DNA of 64,000 nt from Tubulanus polymorphus (Eukaryota > Animalia > Nemertea): NCBI RefSeq assembly GCF_964204645.1, contig NC_134030.1, positions 5,684,778-5,748,777 of the forward strand, given 5' to 3'. Numbering within the stretch: position 1 is the stretch's first letter; every line of letters starts with the position of its first letter. A program made the position numbers and the translations under genes. The notes under the pieces are model-generated. The model saw only the letters and a program-made list of their open reading frames with translations. It had not been told where the DNA came from and searched no databases. This document shows, piece after piece, positions 1-11,900 of this stretch.

Positions 1-48
1 GGGATTCATCGTCGACGATCTGTATACTGCTTGCGTCTGTGTAGCCAT
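1..48 (-). CDS. Probable 5' end of a gene running off the left edge (MATQTQAVYRSSTMNP...)
   Basis: Minus strand shows an acceptor ttttttctatag ending at 71, then aaaATG at 48-46 and an open frame to the window edge. Product unknown. Confidence 0.3.
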   Translation of the reverse strand, partial: MATQTQAVYRSSTMNP

Positions 49-2177
49 TTTGCTGATTTCGTGTATATATCTATAGAAAAAATCACATTTTACGCCAAAT
101 TATCAACAAGTCAATTATCTCCAGCTTAGAGAAAAATGGCCACTGTCTCCATAGTGATACAACAACAACATTTGTCATACAAGGGAAATCACGAACTGAA
201 ATGTCGACACAGAATTTTGTCGCATTTTACGGATTCAGGTATTTCAAATAGATATATACATATATATTGTGCCAAGAAGAAGATTTATGCAGTTCACCTA
301 ATATTGTATTAGGTAAAGTAAACTGCAAAAATCTCTGTACCGTTCCCGTTGATATGCGACAATTTGTGGGATTCGAACTCAAAAAATAAAGGCATCCTCG
401 TCTCGCGCTCATTGTTTTATCAAAAAAGCCACCCGCTTCGAAACGCTACACAAACGAACCCTAAAATAGGTCAAACATTCGGATTCCATTGTAGATCGAA
501 TGATATCGAGAAAGCGATCACAAATGCCTCCAGTTTATATCCTCGTCTCTATGGTGCTGGACCCAAAAAAAGACGAAAAAAAGTCCGAAAATGTTTCCTT
601 GAGCCTGTGCACTTGTGCAGTGTAGGGTAGTTTTGACTTAATATCATTTTCGAAGGATTATCGCTATAATCATCGTCTCAACACGGATAATGTTTTCACC
701 AAGTCAAATGGTAAAAAATAAATGAATATATGTGATAGATTTTTTAAGCAAACAAGCGAACAAGACCGGGCTTCTGTAGTAGGTCGCCTCATCGTGTCAA
801 TACAAAGAATTTTCTTTTAACGCTCAGGCTGTATTTTATGCTGAAGGATTCAATTCAAATTCAATTATTTAACGTCTAACGAGTATGTAGGATGGATCGA
901 TCAATGTCGGGGAGATGCATGCTGTAATCACAATCCCGTTGCTGATGATGATGTAACGGTTGACCAAATTTAAATCTAGACTAATCTAGACCAGTGGCTC
1001 CGATAGTGGAACGGGAGATGATTAGAATAGAAGTCCGACACAAGACAGGTAAAAAGCGGTCTCGTTTTTTGTATCCCTCGCGCTGAGTGGCGATTTTTTT
1101 CACAGAGTGTTTCCACCATTTTGTTCGCAGTGCGCATGCTCTGTGTAGGAAATTGAAAATTATGATCGATAGTGACACTACAGCACCTGCGCTAAAACAG
1201 TACTTCTATCTATTCATTGAGTTTCCAGAGAATGGATCTAATATTTTCCAAGTTTTCTGTTTTATAGATCTAGCCAAGTACTAACCGTCCTAACGACAAA
1301 CCCCCGAAGGTCGAAAGCGAGTGTCATTTTACTTTCAGACCATCAACCCATTTGTGCATCTAACCTACAAATAAGAATCTGATCAAATATAGGCTAATCA
1401 TTGATTCTACCGCGTTCTAAACCTTTCTAAACAGCGTTGGAGTAACGACGATTTTTTTCGAGCTATGCGGGATAAAGGAAATCATATTTTGCCTTGTCCG
1501 GTTAGTGTTTGGCATCATTCAAAAACGTATGTTACTCTTTTACTACAGAGGCATGAGCTTATTGAAAGGGATATGCGTAGTGTGATTTGGTCATGTTTGA
1601 TCAAATACAAGATTGGGTCATTGAAAATCTCTGTGAACGGAAAAACTAAATCAACATCTACATGAAATGATTTACAAACACGGCAATATTTCGGGTTTAT
1701 TTTTCTGAACACTACATGTATAACCACAACTAAAATAACGACTGTTGACATTATCGTCGGTTCAAGAACCAGGGACAGGGGTCGGGGTATGTGTATATAT
1801 AAATTTCTTTGAAAAAGATAAGAAAAAAAAACCGATAACCATCAATATTCATCTGATAAAGCGCTTATTGAACTTTCGCCGATCTTACGCAAGGTTTAGC
1901 CTACTGCATTATTCAAGCAGCTGAAAAGTATTCACTTCACATGTTATTAGAAATATCGCGATTTCGTCAACGGAATAAGTGCAGAAAAAATTACAATGGT
2001 TCAGGCAAGGCTACGTGTGTTTTTTTCGGACAATTCAAACGCCCACCAACGACAAGCAGAGGTCAAGGCTACAAGGCCATAGGTACCAACTATAGAAATA
2101 TTATCATTTGGATCGTTTATCAAATTCTGCTATCCTTATTTATGCGTAGATTTGTATTTTGTTTTCCATTTCAGAAA

Positions 2178-3053
2178 ATGGCTACAGGAAATGTAAGAGG
2201 ATTTGTGATTGTTGTGGTGTGTTTGTGCGCTTATCTCGTTTTTGAACTCGTTCTCAACGTGACGTTTTCAAACCCGATGCCGATGACTCCATCTGACGAA
2301 TTTCAGGTACCGAACTATATGCATTACACGTGGTACCATCCGACCAAACTTACATGGCGCTTCCATCACATGATCAGCGTATTGAGCGCTCATCGGTTCA
2401 ACAAACCGGACAAGATATATTTCTGGTACGAGAAATACCCCGAGGGTCCGCTCTGGAATAAAACTTTGGAAATGGTTCCGAATATAGTGATGAAATATCG
2501 CAAGAAACCGACGACTGTGTTTGGTATCCCGGTGAAAGCAGCCGAACACCAAAGCGATATCGTGAGAATGGAAGCTATTTTGAAATACGGCGGTGTTTAC
2601 ACCGATTTGGACGTAGTCATCGTGAAATCGTTCGATCCGTTGCGTCTATACGATACTACTATGGGATTAGAAATGGAGTACCGTCTCTGTAACGGTATCA
2701 TCATATCTAAGGCCAACTCGTCGTTCATGAGGATGTTCTACGATTCATACAAAGACTTTAAAACCGACTTTTGGGCTTACAATTCCGTCGAGGTGCCCGC
2801 TAAACTGGCCGCCAAATACCCACATCTGCTACACGTCGAGCCAACGTCTCTTCATCGGCCAAACTGGCGGGAACTCGACTGGATTTACAAACCTGGACAA
2901 ATATATGATCTCAGCAATAATTACGCTGTCCATACGTGGTTTAGGCATTACGAAAAAGACCACACAGCGGAAGATATCAAGAAATTGAATTCGACATTAG
3001 GACGATTGTACAGAAACGCTTATTACGGAAGCATGGAAATGATTGATACTTAG
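2178..3053 (+). CDS. GT32-family alpha-1,4-glycosyltransferase (A4GALT/A4GNT-like), type II membrane protein
   Basis: Single coding exon after acceptor ttcag (2174). ATG 2178 (MATGNVRG) is followed by an N-terminal TM, then VPNYMHYTW, HQSDIVRMEAILKYGGVYTDLD (DxD motif), LCNGIII and YAVHTW. The ORF track's extension to 1941 lies in intron. Confidence 0.88.
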   Translation: MATGNVRGFVIVVVCLCAYLVFELVLNVTFSNPMPMTPSDEFQVPNYMHYTWYHPTKLTWRFHHMISVLSAHRFNKPDKIYFWYEKYPEGPLWNKTLEMVPNIVMKYRKKPTTVFGIPVKAAEHQSDIVRMEAILKYGGVYTDLDVVIVKSFDPLRLYDTTMGLEMEYRLCNGIIISKANSSFMRMFYDSYKDFKTDFWAYNSVEVPAKLAAKYPHLLHVEPTSLHRPNWRELDWIYKPGQIYDLSNNYAVHTWFRHYEKDHTAEDIKKLNSTLGRLYRNAYYGSMEMIDT

Positions 3054-3120
3054 CTAATAGTGATACGTGTGATTCTAGTGAACTATGCTGTGTAATTCTC
3101 GTGGCATGGTAATAAGCTAA

Positions 3121-3320
3121 GGCTAAAAAAAATTGATACCTTGTTTCTCCGCTCTGCTGAGCTTAAATGTTGACCCAGCCGGCCGCCTATCTACCCTATA
3201 CATTACTTTTTTTAAAATCGTGATCAATTTAACCATAACAGACCCGGCTGATATGAACTGTTTATAAATTTTATCATATTTTACAAAAATGACCCGGCCA
3301 GGTATCATCTTTGTTTAGCC
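3121..3320. mobile_element. MITE with GG...CC termini (Kolobok-like), copy 1
   Basis: Inverted ends ggctaaaaaaaattgatacct / aggtatcatctttgtttagcc with TAA-type flanks. A homologous copy is at about 40115-40312. Confidence 0.6.
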
Positions 3321-4771
3321 TAAGCATAAACATGCTCTAAAAAGGCGGTTGTTCATAAAATTCCGCTTATGAGTGTCAGACGATATTTTATATTTTTCTT
3401 GCTCATGGTTTTTGATTAATTCCGTTTTGAAATATATCGAGTGTGCGATTATCAAATCTACCAGACGCTAAACAGTATTATGATGCTTCATACATAAAAA
3501 TCGCGAACTGAACCCATCAAAACTCTTCATCCCGTATAGCGGGATGATCCGTAAGTTCAGGCCAAAGCCATACGATTTCTGCACGTTTTATTCAGAAGTC
3601 GTAAAACGGCAAATTACCTTATAGTATTCTCATATATACCGTTTAATTGATAACTTATCATACCCACCTGATATTTTCGAATAAGTCTGGCCCAATCAGG
3701 GGTTGCGAAGGCGCCTCTCACTTTCAAAAGCAAGACGTCTCCGCCGCCTCTGGGAGACGAATTTTGTCTAATAAGCAGTTTAATTCCATGACTTAATGGT
3801 TTAATTCCATGACTGTTTCAATCCATGGCTGTCTCGGATGAAATGAACTGAATATTGAGAAAGAGCTGCTCGATCGGTAACACGTTCACGTCGATAGGAA
3901 GATATCTTACTGTCGTGGATGTAGACGTACTGAAGCTAAAGTCAAAATGGCGCACATGTTGTTACACAGTTTTTACATGAAATGTTACACAGTTTTTTGT
4001 AGTACCATCTGGAACAGTTTGCCTACTTTAATCAGAAAATTCAATGATGCTGAAACTTGAAAATTGTCATCTTTTTAACGAGCATTCCTGCTGATGTTTT
4101 ATTCTATGACTTGATATGTAATCGTTGTGGAGTGTAGTGTCAAAAATGAAATTGTGATTATGTTAACATTTTAGTCTATATACTGCTTGTACTGGATTTG
4201 GATACAGTATGCCTATATTTGTACTTCATATGTAGGCTTATCCTCATTATGACCAGGGTGGCCATTTGTTTAAAAAAAAACAAACTAAAAAAACAGGGAA
4301 GTCACGGAAGAATATGTTGAGATACGTAGCTATCCCGCCTTAGAATCGAGTCACGGAATATTCCGGGAAAAATTATTTTATTATTTCATTTTGATTATTA
4401 ATTATTTTTGAAAGGATGTGCACTACTTCGTTAATAAATAGGGGCCAGAATGGTTGCCGGTAAATTCAAATCAATAAACGATGTATCAAATTGAAAAAAA
4501 TTATTGATCCTTTATTTTGTATAATCGTAGGCTTGTCGACATTATGTAAAGCATACATGTAGTTATCTTTCAAGGCGTTAATAAACTTTCAAGTTAGTAG
4601 ATAGTTTTCTTGTTTTGTCGCAGAGGCTCGCTTATTTTCTCAGTATGAAAATTGTCACTATACACGGTGCTTTTAGATAGCGTAGAATAAGGAACAGTTT
4701 TCCGCCTTTGACTTTGTCGAATCAACTATTCAATTAATTCTCTAAAACCGCGGATAAACTTAATATCTAAA

Positions 4772-5000
4772 CAGGGGAATCCAGGAATTTTTGAATGGGG
4801 GGAGCAAAAAATCCGAGACCCCCACACTGAACGCGAGCGCTGCCCTCGAGGGGTTCGGGGCCCAAAGAAAATTTTGAAAAAATACATCATTTTCTAAGCA
4901 TCTGGAACAAAATCACCGGTAATGATTTGGCACAACACTTAATTAAGCCAACTTGGAAAAAAATATCGGTGGGCCGCATAGGCCCCTCGATCCGCCCCTG
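4772..5000. mobile_element. Non-autonomous DNA element with CAGGGG...CCCCTG ends
   Basis: caggggaatcc ... gatccgcccctg, flanked by the direct repeat ctaaa (4767-4771 and 5001-5005). Confidence 0.55.
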
Positions 5001-7525
5001 CTAAACATGTCGCGAAAATAGGAAATAACTCGACCTGTTTGGACTGCTCCTAAGCTACATCGATGAATATAGCTTGCTGATCCGTGTTACTACGCGTAGT
5101 TCTTGGTTGTAATTCTCTATGGGGATGAAATTCACGACACATTCAATAGTTGCAGAGCGTGAACTGAAAAGTAATCGATAATTTGCCTCCTCGGCCATCA
5201 ATACGTGATGTAGTCTAGTCTAGATAATATGCTGACATACAGTGGCAGCACTGGTACACTCGGTAACTGTGCGGTGAATAAAGCTTTAGTTTGTCAGTGC
5301 GTTTGACAACATATGGTTCGCTTGATTATAGTAATTCACTGTTTTTCTCCGTAAGCGAGGTATGTATATGTGTACATAGTATTTAATGTCTGTATTCTGA
5401 GATCTTAATTTCACATAATGTATTCAGGGCCCGGCGGATTTCGGGGGGTCCGAGCACCGAGATCGCTGACTGACTAATTAAAACTTGCAAATTTGACACC
5501 CATCCTCTCGGCATCATTTAGGACGTATTTTTTTCATAAAAATCTTAACACCAAGAGTATAGGATCCCGCTTGTAGCGTTTGACATAGCTGTTTTATCCC
5601 GCCGAGAAATGCCTTTTCTATGTTTCTGCCGTGGATCCCAGCCTTCCAATTTTGCTGGATCAACTCCTGTCTGATGTAGTATAAAATGCACGCATTGTAG
5701 GGACAAGGATTTGACAGTACTCTACTGGTTTAGTGATTTGACTGAGCATCGGCTATTGTCGTAAATTAACGATATAAGGTTATCTCCACAAAATTCAAAT
5801 TTACGTTTAGTTTAGTTTAGTTTATTTTGCTTAGGGCACAGAAAATTTTTTACAAAATTACAATTCATGTGTGAATACATATACATAGATTGACAAATTA
5901 CATAAACATAGACATAGACACTATGAATTTAACCTTTTACATTTTGAACGCTACTGGTACAATTGAAGCGTGGCGTTTGCTTAAGACAAAAGTGGGCTTG
6001 CCTTCTTTTTTGAATAAACCAGATATTTTAGGGTTTTCTATTAGAGTTAAACGGGGTGCCCAATTTATTAATGACGGTAGAACGGTGGTTTGTTAGTGAC
6101 TGATGTTTGTCTCGGTCGATGATGTCGGTTTGAACTACGTATCAAATCGTATTTGATATTTCGCTGCGATAGGCCTTATGCCGAAAATTGCATTTGCTAA
6201 ATCTAATAAATCTGTTTTCGGAGGAAGGCTCCGAGCCAGACAAGACTCGTGGGCGTTAATGAAAAACGTTTCATTTATCGCGTCCCGCACAGAAAACTGT
6301 ACTTAGCGTATCTGCACTGTCCAAACGTGCTTTGATGGTCGTTAACTTCATCAGCTATCGAATTAGATGGAATTTCCGTGTGACTGCGATGCGTTGATTT
6401 GCATGCAAACCGTATTTGACGTAGCGAGTGAATGTGTATCATCAATCATCTGTTCGTTTGGAGAAGAAAAAAACGGTGGATGCTGCGAAAAAGAAAGCTA
6501 TTTCATTTTTTTCAACTCAAGCGGGAACTGAACTCCATCGGAATCAACCGAATGTTTCTCGAATAGAATTTTGATTACGTAAAAAAGTGTTTGCTCAATA
6601 TCGGCAGCGGGGATTACTGCAACTTTCTGAATCCCCGATTTCATAGGCTCCGACAGATTTCTCTTTTTTACAACTGAAGCGGAAAATCTTTCATCGAGGA
6701 TTTCGTTTGAAAGCTGGCATGCTCCCGATGAGAGTTTACTTTTGACTTCGTCCCATGGGAATACTCCAAGGTTAGATATCACGGGCGTCACCAGCAGAGG
6801 GGTCAGGGGTGCGGACGACTACCATTTTCTAAATCCAAGTTCCACATATTTTTCCTTAGTTATCAATTTTGTTTTTTCACATTCCGGAAATTTCACAAAC
6901 ATTTTTCATTACGAAGTAAAAAACGCGATTTACAAGCTTCGAATTTCAAAAATTAAGAAGACTATAAAAAACATTCAAGTTTCAAGGATTCAGAAATGCT
7001 CGTTTGCCTTCGACGCTTGGCGGATACGGTGCAAAGTATGGCATAGTTCCATGTGCCATTTATCAATTCTTACCCCCTTTGAATATCCTATAAGTGACGT
7101 TCCTTGGTATACGTACTATATCAATATGTCATCTAATATTAGTTTTAATCCGGCCTATAAAGACTTACAAGACACAAGATATCTAACAATTTAGTTAATG
7201 TTTTTCTTTGCTCCTGGTCGTTAACTCGTGAATGGTGAAAACCGGTTTGATGTAGTAGGTGTCTAATTGTCTATTTCATTGCTTGGATAATATAAAAAAG
7301 AACAACATCGTTTTGATGATAGCTTGTTTTCTCGTGCTATCAGCCAACAGGGAGATTCGTGTGATTGTGGCGCGATTGATCTCGGAGAAAAACAAATTGG
7401 ATGTGGACATCAGCCTTGTCAGACTTGTCAGAAGTATTTAGTGATAAACTCGCTCTATATAATCTGACAGTTACAACGAGACAGTATGATTACTGGTTTG
7501 AAGCACCATCTCAAATTTAGACTCG

Positions 7526-8675
7526 CGGGGTTCGTACTAGTCCTTAAAATCCTGGAATAGTTGCGGAAATTAGTAGTTATTTTCTTAAGTATGGTGGCTG
7601 ATAAGGGCCATAGCGTAAAATTCCTGGTATGTAAATGAGGGCGCCAGAACGCCAGAACGCCAAAACGAAAAAAAAACGTCCAATTTTCTCTAAAAGTTCG
7701 TTTTGGCGCGCCAAAACAAAGAAAATTCCGTTTTGGCGCCCCCACCAAAACAACGAAAAACGTCCAATTTTCTCTGAAAGTTCGTTTTGGCGCGCCAAAA
7801 CGGAGAAAATTCCGTTTTGGCGCCCCCGCCAAAACAACGAAAAACGTCGAAATTTCTCTAAAAGTTCGTTTTGGCGCGCCAAAACAACGAATATTCCGTT
7901 TTGGCGCCCCCGCCAAAACGAACTTTCATTTTCACAAAGAAAAGTTCGTTTTGGCGCGGTTATTTCCATTTTGGCGCCCCCGCCAAAACAAGCATTCAAC
8001 CACAGTAAAATTATTTTTCAATTTGGCGCGTTGATCTTGTGTGTAATTTGCATAAATTTGCATATATGAAAATATTTTACGTATATATGGAATTATTTTA
8101 CGTGGTTTAAAGTTCGTTTTGGCGGGGGCGCCAAAATGAAAGTTCGTTTTGGCGGGGGCGCCAAAACGTAATTTTCTCCGTTTTGGCGCGCCAAAACGAA
8201 CTTTCAGAGAAAATTGGACGTTTTTCGTTGTTTTGGCGGGGGTGCCAAAACGAAAGTTCGTTTTGGCGGGGGCGCCAAAATGAAAGTTCGTTTTGGCGCG
8301 GGCGCCAAAACGGAATTTTCTTTGTTTTGGCGCGCCAAAACGAACTTTTAGAGAAAATTGGACGTTTTTTTTCGTTTTTGCGTTCTGGCGTTCTGGCGCC
8401 CTCATTTACATACCAGGAATTTTACGCTATGGCCCTTATCAGCCACCATACTTAAGGCTTGTAAAAGTTATGAAATTTCTAACTTCTCTGAAGCTATGAA
8501 AAAGCCAGAGAATCTAAGAAATGTTATCTGGATAACTTCTGCTGGTTTTGATATATGCTGCATCAAAAAAAAAAATCATGGTGGCATTTTAGGATACATC
8601 TTTTGCTTTCCTGAGTTACTATGGAAATATTGATCAGCCTTGGAAAATCTAAGTCTGCAAATGGTACGGACCCTG
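7526..8675. mobile_element. Older hAT-like MITE interrupted by the foldback element
   Basis: Ends cggggttcgtac (7526) and gtacggaccctg (8664-8675) match as inverted repeats at 10/12. No clean TSD. Confidence 0.4.
7589..8451. mobile_element. Foldback-type non-autonomous transposon with long TIRs and TTAA target duplication
   Basis: Near-perfect terminal inverted repeat of over 80 bp (gtatggtggctgataagggccatagcg... / ...cgctatggcccttatcagccaccatac). TTAA at 7585-7588 and 8452-8455. Arms are built of ~84-bp units containing ttttggcgcgccaaaa, with an AT-rich central spacer. Confidence 0.9.
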
Positions 8676-8902
8676 GATTCTGTTTTGAGTGTATTTACGG
8701 ATGGATTTGTTTGATGTGAACTTTGTCATTAACGGGTATTTTTAATCAATGTCGTTTTTATAGCCGGTAACGCGCTCGTAGCGTCAATTCTAAAAGCACA
8801 ACCTATTCTTACGTTCATGTATTTTAGAAATTTTGAATTGCTATATTTCTGGCTGTAGGTATAGCTGTGGTGACAGTCGGAGAGGTTCGAACCGCTGCAA
8901 CG

Positions 8903-11900
8903 ATGGCCGGTGACGATGAGGAGAAAAAGATTTTACCGATGAGTAAAGTGTACGACGAGTCGATGAATCAGGGCTACAATAACGAGAAAACGAACGGATC
9001 GTGTTGGAATTGTATTCCTAAACGTTACATTCTAGCAGCAATGGCTTTCATGGGATTCAGTAAGTAACAATGATAAAGGAAGAAGCTGCCCCTTGAGCCG
9101 CGTTACCCGGCTGAAAATCATATGCTTGTTATGAAGTTCGCAATCATCATCGACGGAAAATAGCTGTCTTTTTACCAGGTGTTGCGGTATGAAATTTGGT
9201 GGGAAATAATGATTATTTCTGCGCCTTATTCTTTCAGTGAATGTTTACTCTTTACGAGTGAATCTAAGCATTGCGATTGTTGCCATGGTTAACAACCGTA
9301 CAGTTACAGTCAACGGTACAGTCAAAGAACGGGTAAGAGACACCATATCATCAGGACTGAGCATACTCGGGGCCTGACTTACACTATACCAATGCCATTA
9401 TTCCGTTTTTAACAACAAGGATCAAAATTCATTTCATTGTTTTCCATGGAATCTAAAACGTTTTATAGTACATGAATCTACTTAATCTTTTCTCGATGTC
9501 CGTCTAGTCTCCAATAGTTTCAGAAGATTTATATGTAATTCTTCTTTACCGTGTCTGTAATGCATATGCTATGTTTGAACATATTTTTTGTGCTCGGTGC
9601 AAATGCATTTTTATTGGGGTAATAAACTATATTGCAGATTGTAAGTTCATAGAATACTAATTATCTATGACCACGGTATTATTAGCCTACTCTCAAAATG
9701 CTCTAAAAATCATGATTATTCTGCAGATTATTTCCAATCAAGCGACTGCATTGTATATAACTCATTGGAATCAGCTTCATAGGCATTCTGTATATCAATA
9801 TGAAATGATTTTGGACATGTCTACATGTATGTTTATATGAAATAGCAGGTGCTGCTGAAGTCCCCTTACATCTATATAGGCTTATACACACATTCCGAAC
9901 AATCATGGTACAGCTGATGAAATGATTATCGACAATAGAAATGACCCTTTTTAATCAATAATCATTTCGTAATACAGTGGCACTGATAATTACTTTTTTC
10001 ATTTCGTATACGTCTTTATGTTCATAATCATGACGAAAAAATGTGTTATGTGAATTGAACATGAATACGAGAAACTAGGGAAGAGATTGAAAGACCATAT
10101 CCTGGGGCATATCTTAAAAAATAAGTGAAATTCAAATAAGTATCTTTTTTTCAGATCGCACCATTTCAATGGAATTCAAAAATGCAAGGATACGTCCTAA
10201 GTTCATTTTTCTATGGATATATTCTAACGCAGTTTGCTGGCGGTAAGTCTGCGCTATTTCGTTAGTTTCTCGTCTCATGAATTTCTAGTTGGTGTTATTA
10301 GTCTCTAGTCGATTGATCACACGCTGCAGAACTGTCGTCGCATCTCCATCGAATAATGCTAATCACGCAATCAGGAATTAATGTAATCTGTTCTTTTCTG
10401 AATCTCATCTCAAAAACGTAATAAGAGCTCGCCGACAGCGACGTATTTTGATGCTTTACGTGTAGGCGATGATATCACCGATTTAAATGCGAAATTCTGA
10501 AATACCTAGGGATAAATTCCAGTTGAAAGATGTGGAATCGATTAATTGGAAGGTTACGAATAACGAGAAAACTAACGTTAAAGTTTATGACGCCATTAAA
10601 AATAATACATACTGTATATCGCTTAATATTGTCGACAAAAATGATAAGATATGAAATATGTATTTAGTACCAAGGATCAATACAATTATTTTGTGTTTGA
10701 ATATATCGATAATTGTATTGCCCGGCAACTAGTCTAGACCCGATATATTGATGACGTAGCGCGCATCCTTCCAAAAGTGATTATCAAAATATATCAAAAA
10801 TAGAATAAGAGGAAATGTATTTAATTACAAAATAATCGCCAAAATTCACAATATTGTAATTGTTATTTTGAAACACCAATATTGATGACGTGGTGCACAT
10901 CAACTCACATAGAACCCCTTAAATAACGCTCACTTAGTATCAATGTATATAAACATTACTCTAACGGTTTTTACGGCGTCAAAAATGCAATATATGGGTA
11001 TCTTATCTGCTGGTCTTTGTCACGTGTCAATTACATTTCGCGCAACAAGAAACCTCACGTAGTTTCTGATGTCAACAGGTGAGACGAGCAATCATTGACA
11101 ACAAACACAACGCCTGATGTTGATTCGATGGTCGCAATTCTCCGTCGGGTTACCATAGTTACTAAATAGGTCGTCACTCCTCAGGTTCTCTTAATAATCT
11201 CTCAGACAATTTCGAACGATCGGTATAAATAAGGAAGCACTTACATGTAACAAACAGTGGTTTGCGTTAGATAATCATCCCTTATACATTAGAGCTTTAC
11301 ACACCTAACTATAACCAGTGCGTATCTGAGAGATTTGAGAGTAATTTCTACTCCATAAAGTTTAAAAAAGATCTCAGTTAAAAGCATTTCTCTTCATGCA
11401 ATATATTAAGCGACTTCATAGCCCTGTTTATTGTTCACCGTGTTCAAATGTATATGGAGCGCGGTAAATGTGTACTATTGATAATATCTTTAGAACTCAA
11501 CTTCTCCCTAAAATATTTGAAATACTCTCAAAATCAGAATCGTTTCTATAGTTTATTTTCAATAAAACTTCTACTATTTTCGATATGAAAAAACTCTCGT
11601 TTTTGTTGGAAACTACTACAATTAAAGATATCAGGTCTGTTCTGGGGTATACACGTATTTTTATACGAGCTACGGAATATCAAGAAGTCTTTCAACCTCG
11701 GTGTTTGGTATAGGCGCACATTATTAATGTTTGATTAACTTCAGAGAGAAATTCATTTGATTTTATCCGAAACGATAGAATCAATTGAAGACCGAATAAC
11801 CGCTAGCGAACCTGTTAGATCCTCGCTATTAACGTGAGGAGATTCTTCAATTGGCCGTCGCACCGGCAGATGAAGATTCGAAAGATGTGTTTTGATCTGC

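Noticed and set aside
1941-2177. N-terminal extension of the glycosyltransferase ORF
   Set aside because: It lies upstream of a good splice acceptor (2174). The type II TM begins right after ATG 2178.
3779-3830. Three copies of a ttaattccatgact-like unit
   Set aside because: Short local tandem duplication with no further structure.
6498-7194. ORFs of 97 and 150 aa upstream of SLC17
   Set aside because: Non-ATG starts, no motifs, and overlap with a decayed MITE-like segment (about 6780-7100).
7455-8633. Overlapping ORFs and regularly spaced palindromic repeats that look like a CRISPR array or repeat protein
   Set aside because: The spacers are themselves repeated, the block is one large inverted repeat with a TSD, the context is eukaryotic and there are no cas genes. 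The ORFs are by-products of the repeat.
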